A stretch of DNA of 64,000 nucleotides from Camelus ferus. Taxonomy: Eukaryota. Below are positions 37,827 through 47,619 of the stretch, in pieces (positions within the stretch are counted from its first letter, which is position 1; the number at the start of each line of letters is the position of its first letter). Made by a program: the position numbers and the translations under genes. The stretch lies in contig NC_045696.1 of NCBI RefSeq assembly GCF_009834535.1, positions 91,080,001 through 91,144,000 of the forward strand, read 5' to 3'. The notes beneath the pieces are model-generated. The model did not search any database and was not told where the DNA came from. It saw nothing but the letters and a program-made list of their open reading frames with translations.

Positions 37827-39294
37827 GATTTATTCTAACTCCTTCTCCCCACAAAAAAAGAGAGATGTGTTATTTGATTATTGTTTATTTTTTTAAAATA
37901 TCAAATCATTATTGTTTGAACCTGTCTCTTACGAATCCAGGTCAAGGGTTGGGACTCAGATTTAGGACTTCAGTTGGCATAATGATGCTGATGTAAGCAG
38001 GCTTTACCTGTGGAAAGACTTTCTCAGAATGTGAATAACTGTAATTTCATATGGCTTTCCTAATTCCTGGGAAGAAAATTTCCTATAGTAGCCTACCCAT
38101 TAAATTATTCCTTAGCATTAAACATTTGGTAATAATTCAGTTGATATTTACTGTGATTACTGGATGCCTCCTGAGCTAAATACTTTGTACACAATGGACT
38201 AATCCTCACAATTGTAAATAAGGTAGGTATCACGCCTCCTATGGGCACAGTAACTTGTCTTTAGTAAATAGCAGGGCTGAAGCTTCTATTTTCTAATGTT
38301 ATCCCTATCTCCTCCCTGTCTTGAGAATTTAGGCAGATGGGTGTTGGGAAGTTAGTGAAAATCAATCAGGAAGACCTTGTGTTGAAAGCAGTGTGTACGC
38401 GTCCATGTTGACGTCTACCCCTCTTTGCTGGAGCTGAAGTACTTAAATCAGGGACCAACACTGGCTGAGTCAGATGAGGCATTAAGATGTATAAAGGATA
38501 CATTAACACATGTATTAATTTATATAAAAAAAGAATCAAACCACTCATTTGTACCTGAGATATGGATTGGCACTGTTGCTCACTCCCCGCCCCGCATAGC
38601 TGACAAGCACGTGACTCCTGGGGCTGGACCTGAAGAAGGCATTTCAAAGTGGAGGGGGCGGATGCAGGGCCTGTAGGGGTTCCTGATCCCTGCATTGGTC
38701 TTTAGATGTACTGCTTTTTATGTCAAGTGTATTTATGAATGTTGTCTTGTTTAAAAAAGTTAGGACATAGACAAAGTTTAACAAGATTCCTGTAAAGGAA
38801 TTGGTTTTAACCTAGTACTAACAATGCAGAACAAGTAACTCACCAGAAGGCTATGGAGCTAATCCTTATCTTCTTCCTGCCAGGTGGACTCTCCTTCAGC
38901 CACTTCACACAGTAGGATCAATGTTGAGCTAATCAAACTCTGACAAGTTCAGCCAAAAATATTCAAAATTATCAGGAAGGCTGTTTGTCATGTGGATTTA
39001 CATCTCGTGTTTTAAAATCATGAAACTTGCCCTCAGCTGATAATGTATCTTGAGGTATTAGCTATTGACAGCAATATATACTATATAGTATATAATTTAT
39101 AATAAATGAATATATATGTATTGTGGGTGCATGCACAAGCATTTTTCTATTTTCCGAGAGCAATAAGCAATTAAGAAAACTTGGAGATCATTTACTGCAA
39201 TAATGAATTTTTGTAGCTGATAAGGAAAGATTTTCCAGTGTCTCACATTTCTTGATCTCTGCTGATCTTGCTCTCTGATAGACAAGTATACAGC

Positions 39295-39455
39295 TTTTTG
39301 TCCTGACTGAAATTACCTTAAGGTTGGTTCTCTTTGTGCAAGTCTCTGTAAAATGGAAATATGCATAGAGTTGTTGTGAAGATTGACTACGTTAATGCAT
39401 GGAGCATGCTTAGCACAATGCCAGTGACATGGTAAAGGTGCGATAAATTTGAGCT
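39295..39455 (+). mobile_element. MIR fragment inserted in the EBLL
   Basis: 'ctgtaaaatgg...agagttgttgtgaagattg..ttaatgcatgg..catgcttagcacaatgcc'. Confidence 0.65.
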
Positions 39456-40039
39456 CCCCTACCCTTTTTTTTTTTTTTTTTTTTTATCACTAGAAGAACT
39501 TACAATGTTTGAGGAAGAACTTGGTAAACAAGTTAATGGTTTCCATTCTCTGATTTCTTGGGTTGCCCAGACAGGCTCTGGAAAGGAGCCCTTTAATGAC
39601 TGAGAGTTCTCTGAGTTATCTTGATCATAGAATTTGTTTCTACTCTCCAATTCTCTTGTTTTTACTTATAAAAGAAACTCCTGAGATGCTCAGCATATCC
39701 TAACATAGTATGTAAGTGAAAAACAGAATATGGAGAACTCATTTAAAGTTATACCATACTTTAAAAAAAATTGTTTCTAGGGACTTAGAGAGATCTGGAG
39801 GGTTATGATTAAATTTCAAAATGAGTAGTACATTTCTGTTATGGAAAGGCCTTTTGACATAAGTCTAAAGCTGTCCTTCTTTGAATCAATTTTAGATTCA
39901 CATAATCAGAAAAAGATCGTGTTCTTGCAAAGTAGGAGAGTTCAACATATTGCTATTATATTTGCAGCAAACCTCATGCAAGATGTCTTTGTAGATATCA
40001 GTGAGACAGCTGCAGTGTGCTGGCTTCCTCGCCCCACCC

Positions 40040-40795
40040 CCAGCTTTATTGAGATATAACTGACATATAACATTGTGTAAGGTAAGGTATACCATGTAAT
40101 AATTTGATACATGTAAAAATTGTGAATTGTTTACCACAGTAGGGTTAATTAAAACATCCTTCTTCTCACATAATTACTATTTTTTTTGTTACTGTTGTTA
40201 TAGTGAGAACATTTAAGATCTACTCTAATAGCAACCAAGTATACAATACAGTATTGTTAACTATAGTCATCGTGAAGGACATTAGATTCTGGGAATTTAT
40301 TCATCTTACAGCTGAAAGTTTGTATTCTTTGAGCAACATCCCCCTTTTCCCCCATTCCCCTGCCCCTGGTAACCATCAGTTTACTCTCTGTTTCTTGACT
40401 CTGACATTTTTAGATTTCACCTGTAAGTGAGATCGTACAGCATTTGTCTTTCTCTGTCTGACTTACGTCTCTTAGCATAATGCCCTCAGGGTCCATCCAT
40501 GTTGTTATAAATGGGAGGGTTTCCTTCTTTTTTTATGACTGAATAATATTAAAATATATGTGTGTATATATGTATCTCACATTTTCTTTATTCATCTGTC
40601 AATGGACACTGAAGTTGTTTCATGTCTTGGCTATTGTGAATAATGTTGCATGCAACATAAGAGTGCAAATATTTCTTCAAGATAGTGATTTTATTTCCTT
40701 TGGATATATATTCAGAATTGGGATTGTTGTATCATATGGTCATTCTGATTTTTTTGAGGAGCCTCCATAGTGTTTTCCATGGGGCCTGCACCAAA
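40040..40795 (-). mobile_element. L1MA/MB-type 3' fragment inserted in the EBLL RdRp region
   Basis: 'cagctttattgagatataactgaca...gtgagaacatttaagatctactct...ttagatttcacctgtaagtgagatc'. Confidence 0.85.
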
Positions 40796-43359
40796 TGCTG
40801 ATTTCCTTGAGTGGTTTTGACACCTCTGTCAACACTGTGCCGTATTTCCCCATAGCTTTTGGAATTTTTGTTTCAAAGTTTCATTGCTTTTATTTCTCAC
40901 TTGAAATGACATTTTTTTTTTAACCAGAAAAGCTGTACTTTATTTACTATTTAATCTAATAGATATATTATTCTCTGTCTTTGAGATTTGCCTCCAAACA
41001 ACCTTAAATATTTACAAATATAAGAACTATTGAGAAAGTAACTTTAGCACTTGTCACTCTTTGCCTTAAATGAGCCTTCCTTTCTGTAATGGATCAAAAG
41101 CAGGCAGTTCTTAACGTTTAACTTTGGATTGCACTTCAGTGAGTTTATATCTGAAGTGTCAACCATCTTACGTTCTGCTTAATAGTATACTGCTGTTTTC
41201 TAGCAATTTCTCAAATAGCCAATGCATAAAACAGCTATACTGGGACTGAATTTTTTTTTTAGTTCATTGTAAATAGCAAGATAAACAATGTGTGGACTAA
41301 ATTCTGTGTAAATGCATACTTTAAATAGGGTTAAAGAACTCCTTGATGTTGAAATTTCTTTGGCTTGGCAGTAAAACAAAATCAATGCTAATTTAATAGG
41401 AGCTCACAAACCAAGTTTTGCTTTCATTGCCCTTTTAAGAAGAGTAAAGGGCTGTAGTTATAAACAGAATTAGTAATTGCATGGTTGATATGCCTGTTGA
41501 ATAGCAGATGATTTTTATTCAATCTACTCCTTTTAAAATCCATTACCTTAATTTTAGATATATTACTTGATAATGAGACCGTTGATCAAAATGGTTACAT
41601 TAAACCTGTTTATAATTTTGCAAAGTGATTTTTAATTCCCCCTAAACACCCTTCCTCCTGGCAGAGGGAAAAAATTGCTCTTGGGCTGTTCAAAATTGGC
41701 TCTGTTTTTCTTAGATGATCTTTAATTACACTTTAAAGCAGGATTTCTTTATGGGGAATTGAAATTCTGCTTGTTAGAAAATTACAGAGGGTATTTGGGG
41801 ATCTGCTATTAGTTGCAAGAACAAATAGAGAGATTAGTAAGACAAATGATCAGTAGCCTAAAAAAATTACCTATGGGAGATAATTATTAGCCCAGGGAAG
41901 ATCTGACTGTGGTCATGAAAGCTGCCTAAATTATGAGCTTATCAAACCTGTTTTAGAAGCTGCTGAGGAGAGAATAGAAGATTTATATTAGCCACTAGGA
42001 ATTAGTGAAGGGTGTCATCTTGGAGATTAATAAATTTACCTTCAGTTCATACCAAAAGTGATCTGGCTGGAGTCAGAGTTGAGGGAAGAGGCAGTAGAGG
42101 CCCATGAGCCCGGGACTGGTGAGGAGCCATGCACTGATGGAACTAGGGGAAAGGGTTTATGGTGGTATTTTGGAGAAGGCAGGGTGGGAAGGTTCACAGA
42201 AGAGGGCAAAATAATTGGGAATGTCTTTTCTCTTTTGAAGAAGCCAAAGGTGATCAGAATTTAGGGTAACCATCATGTCACTAGTAATCTTTCTGAGTCT
42301 CCCATGTCATAGCAGTGTAAGACTGAGAGGATGAGAGAAACCAGAGTGATAGGCCAGATGTGTTGGGGAGCAATTTTTTTTGGAACAATTTGAACATTTT
42401 ATAAACAGATTCTTTAGCTTTCTTTACAGATATAGATACTTCCAAGGCGAAATGTAATATTAACCTCTGGGCATATACCTAAAGCTAGAGAAAAAGAAAC
42501 TGAATGTGAATTAAGGGATGAGGTCAGTGAGGAAAAGGCAAGGAAGTCTACAGTAATGAAGTTCACAGCCGCATCTTATACATGACATTTTGACTTTCTG
42601 ACCCCAGTGCAAAAAGCATAAAGATCACCTGGAGATCGGTTGTATGTCAGACAAGCTATCCATCTCTATGTGTGACGATTTGAGAACTCTACACCTTAGT
42701 AAAAGATCTGTACATAGTAGGTGTTCAGTAAAAAATGTGTTAACCCAATGAAAGAATAACTAAGTTTATAGATGATTTTTATCAGACAAAAATTAGTTTT
42801 ATTAACAAATGGGTTGATTTTGAGGAGTTACATTTTTTACCCACAGTTTTTTTTCTTAAATTAGAAATGAGTAGTTCACCTTATCAAACCAGAGCTTTCT
42901 TCCTAAGATTTATACTGTATTTTTAGTCATTGTTTAGGTATTTTGAAAAACTGTGAGCAGATCCAAGTCAATGTAACTACTTGTTAAATGAATACTCTGT
43001 GTAAAACACTCCTTAGATGTGGGAGGACATAGAGAAAATAAAACTTGTTCTGTGCCCTCAAAGAACTTTAAAAAGTGCATGTTAATATTTATATTTCAGT
43101 TTTAAATTGGAACCATAGAAAATGGTAAAACATAACGTTGTGGGTGAATATAGTAAAGGAGATAGACATCATGCCTGCTATAGTCAGGTCGAATAAATCA
43201 GTAGTATTGATCAAAATAATGGCCAATGATGCTATTTACAGCTTTTCCAAGAGTTCATCGCCATCCTTCTGGGTGTTGTCTAAGCAGATTTGTCTTTCTA
43301 ACAGAGGTCATAACCACATAGGGCATGGAAGACTTGTTTTCCATGGGCCAGGTAGCATC

Positions 43360-43910
43360 GGGTTCTCTGCCAAAAGTTCACAAGGAATAACTGATAACAT
43401 TGTCAACAAAGTAGAGGAGGCAATTCACTGGGCTTCTTTGCTGTTTATTGATGTTTGCCTTGTGGACTGGCACTGTATTTTATACATCCTTGATTTTGTC
43501 TTATTTACAGCACAGCACAATGGAATATTAGTATTTGTTGAATAAACAAATGAAGGTCTTTAGATAACTTTTTCTACTGCTTTATAAGTTTATAACAAAA
43601 ACATTTGCAAAGGCAAGAAAGCTTTTAGGGTGGTCTCCGTCTGTGTTCTTAAAATGTTTCAGGGGACGGAGGGGCAAGACCACGCAGAGTCCACTTCTGA
43701 ATGGTCCCCATCAGTGTTCATATCTCCCAGATCACAGGCTGTCCTGGGGAGAGGGCCATTTACTTCAAACATGAAACAATTCTGCCTTTCTGAATTTTGA
43801 ATAAGATTCAGCACGTGAATGAGGAGCTTATGGCCTCTTGGTTGACCTATAGTGTTAATATCCATAAACTTTTTTTTTAAACAAAGAACTGGTGCACTGG
43901 AGTTCACCAT
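43360..43910 (-). pseudogene. EBLM: bornavirus-like matrix protein remnant, interrupted by an L2-like 3' end (~43460-43555)
   Basis: gacATGG at 43910. MVNSSAPVLCLKKK..FEVNGPLPR..LGD..GDHSEVD vs BDV M MNSKHSYVELKDK..LSVKEPLQLPR..LTD..AGHSLVN. C-terminal NVISYSL*TFG (~43370-43400) vs NVFSYRLRNIG. Confidence 0.7.
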
Positions 43911-43974
43911 GTCTGTCTTCTTTTTCATCCTCTAATTGAGAACACTTACATCAGAGAGAGACATTCAGCTCATT

Positions 43975-44060
43975 CACCACATCCACACATGTGCATGTGC
44001 ACAACACACATGCGCACACAAACACACATCACATCAACATACAGAGAAGAGACAGAGCAA
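43975..44060. repeat. Degenerate (CA)n/(GA)n simple repeat
   Basis: Direct reading. Confidence 0.7.
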
Positions 44061-44129
44061 GTAATGGGGTGTGTGCCGGGATAAGAAGATGTTGAAGTTT
44101 TTTAACATTCTTCTCATGTCAGAAAAATT

Positions 44130-44540
44130 TCAGTGTCCATATTTGACCAAGGCCATAATGGTACCCTAGTCCCTAATCATCAGCTTTACCATTTCATTTC
44201 TAAATGATTTAATTTCTGAAATACTCAAGAATTGATTAGCTGGATAAGCAATTCCTGAAAACGAGCAGTCTTAGAACTATAATGGGCAACTTGAGTCTCA
44301 GGAACTTTGGTCTGAATTACTATGGGATGTTTTCTTTTATGTTACTGAGCAGGAGAACAACATAATTTTAGTTTGAGCTATTGCCAGAATTGTTCATTAA
44401 AAATCTGACAGCTATACACCTACAAATACCTAATTTTAAACGACCATGAAAATCAGTTCTATTATCATTCACTTATTCTGTGCTATAAAAAATTGGACAA
44501 ATCTTGTGGTAGCAAAATACTGAACTGACAGTGGGCCTGA
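44130..44540 (-). pseudogene. Possible phosphoprotein (P)-like remnant
   Basis: Weak match: IVIQTK..HYSS and ISEIKSFRNEMVKLMIRD vs BDV P ETIQTAQRCDHSDS..SMKTMMETMKLMMEK. Followed by TTAAAAAA. Confidence 0.3.
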
Positions 44541-46401
44541 GGCATGGAATTTCCGGCACTATGTAGTTATTTTATGAGACCTACAAACATTAGTTAAAGG
44601 TTTACAATTGCACAATATTCTATTCAGAGTAACCCAGAAATACTTTCTGAGTTTAGTAACTTAGTGATCCTTCAGCATAGCATTTTCAGATGGACCATTG
44701 GTGCTTCCAAAGTTTGTTGGAGTTTAGAGCTTTGATGAGTCATCCAAAAATATTGGATCTATCTCCCTGTGGGACCACTATGCATTTGTTGTTTCCTCTT
44801 TTCTTACATCCTAACAGAAATATACCATCTTTAAGAGGCTGTGAGAGGCTTTCTAACTAACTTAAATGGTAGTGGCAGAAAGAAAAACAAGATATTGTGT
44901 TTACCATTGGTGATTTCCAAATTGTTGTGTCTCGCAGATGGCTTAGAGGGGTTAAATTACTACAGTGAATACCATTTTGAAAATGTTTCTTTTGGTATCC
45001 AAAGGCATCAGATTAAAGTCTTAGTTTTGTGGAATTTTAACATAACCCACATTTGGGTACTGGTGGGGGGAATGTCCTAAAGGGTTTTCACTTAACTGTT
45101 ATCTCCAAACTCCACACTGTTCACTGACCACCAGCGTTGTTTTCTTGAGAGAGTTAATGTTTTCCAGCTGTTCTGTTACCACCTCTTCCTTATTTCTCTT
45201 ATTTGGGACACCACTTGCTTTTCAATGTAACCAGGTAGTTAAATCAGTGTTGACTATATCACTAGATAACAAAGAATAGACTGAGTTTATAATACAGAGC
45301 CTCTCTATCAATTAGACATCATCTGTGAGCATCAAGGTGCTTGTCATTAAGGCCCGGAGGAAGATACCAGCCACTAAACAAATTGTAGAGAAGTAAAGGT
45401 TCTTTCCTGAAATGTAAAAGCTCTCATATATTTAGTTTTAACCAGGCTAAGTTAATTATTTATTATTAATGTAGAAATGGAATTGTAGCAAATGCAGATG
45501 GGTACAGGATTCCAACATTGCCTGCTTTACTCAATGTAGAGTCAGGAAAAGGGACAATTGCCCATCCAATTCCCACATACAAGGGAGCTTTCAGTATATG
45601 TCCACAAGGGCAGGCCTCCCAATATTCCATGTTGGTTTTTAAAATATGTATTCTTAAGGCTCTCACAGGTTTAATAAAAGTTCCATCAGATTTTGGTGTT
45701 GCTGGAGCCCCAAACAATCAAATTTTAAGAACTTGTGAGGCCTCACCTGGATTTGCACGGCCCCAGAGCCAGACGGAGTTTTTATTAAACCTGATCTCAC
45801 ACTGTTGGAGATGTCTGTGGAGTCAAATGAGTGAGCAACGGTGCGGCAGGTCCAATTGGGAACCCTTCTTGCAGGCATCCCTTCAGTATTGCTTTCCTGT
45901 TGTGTGTTGCAGTGTTTACACAGAGTTTTCACGGAAGGATTCATTTAGGATTAGTCTAATTGAATAAACACAAAGCTGCATAATTTATGGACCAAAATAG
46001 TTTTTCCTGGTTGGGTTGCTGACTAGCATTTCCTTTCTCCCTAATGGAACACTGCGAAGTCTCATATTGTTATAATCAGAATTTCATCTTTGAGTCAATC
46101 TAGCTTATTTGCATGATATGATTTTATTATAAGCCAGATGTATAAATAATTGTTCATGAAGAGAGCCTTTTCTTCAAGCAAAGTAATAGAGATTATAAAT
46201 ATATGTATATTTTCCCCCTAATGGATAGATAACTCCAGTAGCAGAACCTATCAGTATGGGAATTATACTGAATTACTGTTTCCCAAAAAAAGATAACTTA
46301 GGGAAATGATAAATATTTTGGCTTAGATTTTGCTAATGAAATAGGAGAAATAAAAGAGCACATGCTGGGAAGATGGAGTAAGGTCCTAGAAAATTAGCCA
46401 T
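44540..46401 (-). pseudogene. EBLG: bornavirus-like class III glycoprotein remnant
   Basis: ATG at 46401 with signal-peptide-like MANFLGPYSIFPACALLFLLF. NWTC..STDI..AVQ..FDC..SDG vs BDV G CNWFYC..TTEI..AVQ..FADC..SDG. LDAHR*CLI vs LKDAWEDCEI. LTTWLH vs LRGWLN. VVSEQC vs VVWQC. YPNVGY vs YPPVDY. Degraded TM-like stretch at ~44570-44630. The 3' end is approximate. Confidence 0.7.
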
Positions 46402-46404
46402 CAA

Positions 46405-47400
46405 GGTACTTCCTCATTTAAAAATCCATGATTCCCTGTTGCCTATTACATCAAGTTTGGGCTTCTTCACTTGTGTTTCAAGAGTTTGCATAATCTGGCT
46501 CCATCCCAACTGCCCAGCCTGATTTGACCCTGCTCATTACTACATGCCCTCCATCAGGGACTGATGAACTGTGATAATAATCACTCCCCGTGGGTCCCAC
46601 ATATGGCCTCATGCCTCATTTGCTGAAAACACATGATGGCCTTTGCACCTGCTGATCTCTCCACATTGAGTGCCCAACTTCTTTTGCCTGCCACTTTAAA
46701 TCTTAGCCATCTTTACAAGTGCTGCTCAAGAACCATCATCTCAGGAATAAGAAGCAAACTCTGTTCCTTCCTATGGTAAATGTTTGTTTCTGTGATAGGC
46801 TGAAAAGTGGCTCTCCATTTTTCCATACATGTGGATATAATCTTATTTGGAAAAAGGTCTTTGCAGATGCATTTAATGGTGTCGAGATGAAGAGAGTATC
46901 CTGGATTATCTTGGTGGGACCAATGCCATTACAAGCATCTTTATAAGAGAAAGGGAGAGGAAAGTTTGAGACACAGAAGAGAAGGAAGCAGTATGACCAT
47001 AGAGGCAGAGATTGAAGTGATGTGGGCACAAACTGAAGAATATAGACAGCCACCAGAAGCTGGAAGGGGCGAGGAATAACTTCTCCCTAGAGCCTCCATT
47101 GGGAGTGCCAGCTGCTGACATGGTGGCTTTGGACTACTGGCCTCCAGAACTATGAGAGAATAAATTTCTGTTGTTTTGAGCGATGAAATTTGTAGTAATC
47201 TGTCACAGCAGCCACAGGAAACTAATACACCTTCTTTGGAAAGTACTGTGCATTTCCTGTTTGTTTGGTACAGGTAAGCGCCAGATGCTTTCCTAGTACT
47301 TCCTGTGTGGCTGCTCTCTGCTCAGATAGATTATAAGCTCCTGTAGGCTCTCAGAGGTAACTGGCATAGAATTGATCCTAAAATATCACTGAATTCTTTT
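46405..47400 (+). mobile_element. L2 fragment (parts ~46405-46760 and ~47270-47400) split by an MLT1 LTR, lying between the N- and G-like genes
   Basis: L2-like 'ggcctttgcacctgctgatctctcc', 'tagattataagctcctg', 'ctggcatag..aaatatcactgaat'. Confidence 0.55.
46791..47229 (+). mobile_element. MLT1C/D-like MaLR solo LTR
   Basis: 'tgtgataggctgaa...tttggaaaaaggtctttgcagatg...gcctccagaactatgagagaataaatttctgttgtttt...acagcagccacaggaaactaataca'. Confidence 0.85.
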
Positions 47401-47539
47401 GGAATAATTTATTGGTTATTTTTAATATTCTGGGAGAAACAAAAGGCTGGTTGTATTTCATTGGTCTGTAGGCAATTGATGTTCTTGCTTCAGATAAACA
47501 GTTCACCTCTAGAATGAGATTGTGGATCTATTTAAACTG

Positions 47540-47550
47540 TTTTTTCTTAA
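47540..47550 (-). terminator. Candidate viral gene-end/polyadenylation signal TTAAGAAAAAA after the N-like gene
   Basis: Minus strand CTTAAGAAAAAA, about 100 nt after the N C-terminal match. Mononegavirus gene-end signals are U-tracts of this form. Confidence 0.4.
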
Positions 47551-47619
47551 GCTGGCTGTTGCAAGGGTGTCATAAATGTAGGTCTTCAGTACAACTTTGC
47601 TATCTAGTTTGGTCTCCTC

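Larger units (their letters stand above)
36650..43344 (-). pseudogene. EBLL: bornavirus-like L polymerase remnant (N-terminus, RdRp, PRNTase)
   Basis: In order, window vs BDV L: DVYLLY..YVLPFSMVPI (~43105-43170) vs DYYLLFRQVVLPPEVYPI; CLTYN..KSKCH (~42580-42655) vs CLMTYN..KSRCH; KE*QV..IFKVV/LEANLKD (~40980-41065) vs KEKELK..IYQVVAEAALKN; NPP (39796-39804); DQDNS (39612-39626) vs GQGDNQ; SR..DTGKSF vs SRVTDSTGELF; GTPTGPASAPS/AFFR (~38625-38695) vs GLPTPATLPSVFFR; FCPQ (37076-37087) vs YCPQ; TLAHS (36780-36794) vs TLTHR. Confidence 0.8.

Noticed and set aside
43102..43440. In-frame TGA codons read as Trp (NUMT or alternative genetic code)
   Set aside because: No similarity to mitochondrial proteins. 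CGA->TGA decay is simpler.
43138..43545. 135-aa plus-strand ORF (also the 149-aa ORF at 45518-45967)
   Set aside because: These are antisense shadows of the minus-strand viral-like frames, with non-ATG starts and no recognisable product.
44690..44830. QSSKLQQTLEAPMVH resembling rabies G, suggesting a rhabdovirus origin
   Set aside because: The flanking N, M, L and most G motifs fit bornaviruses better. Shared class III ancestry or chance could explain it.
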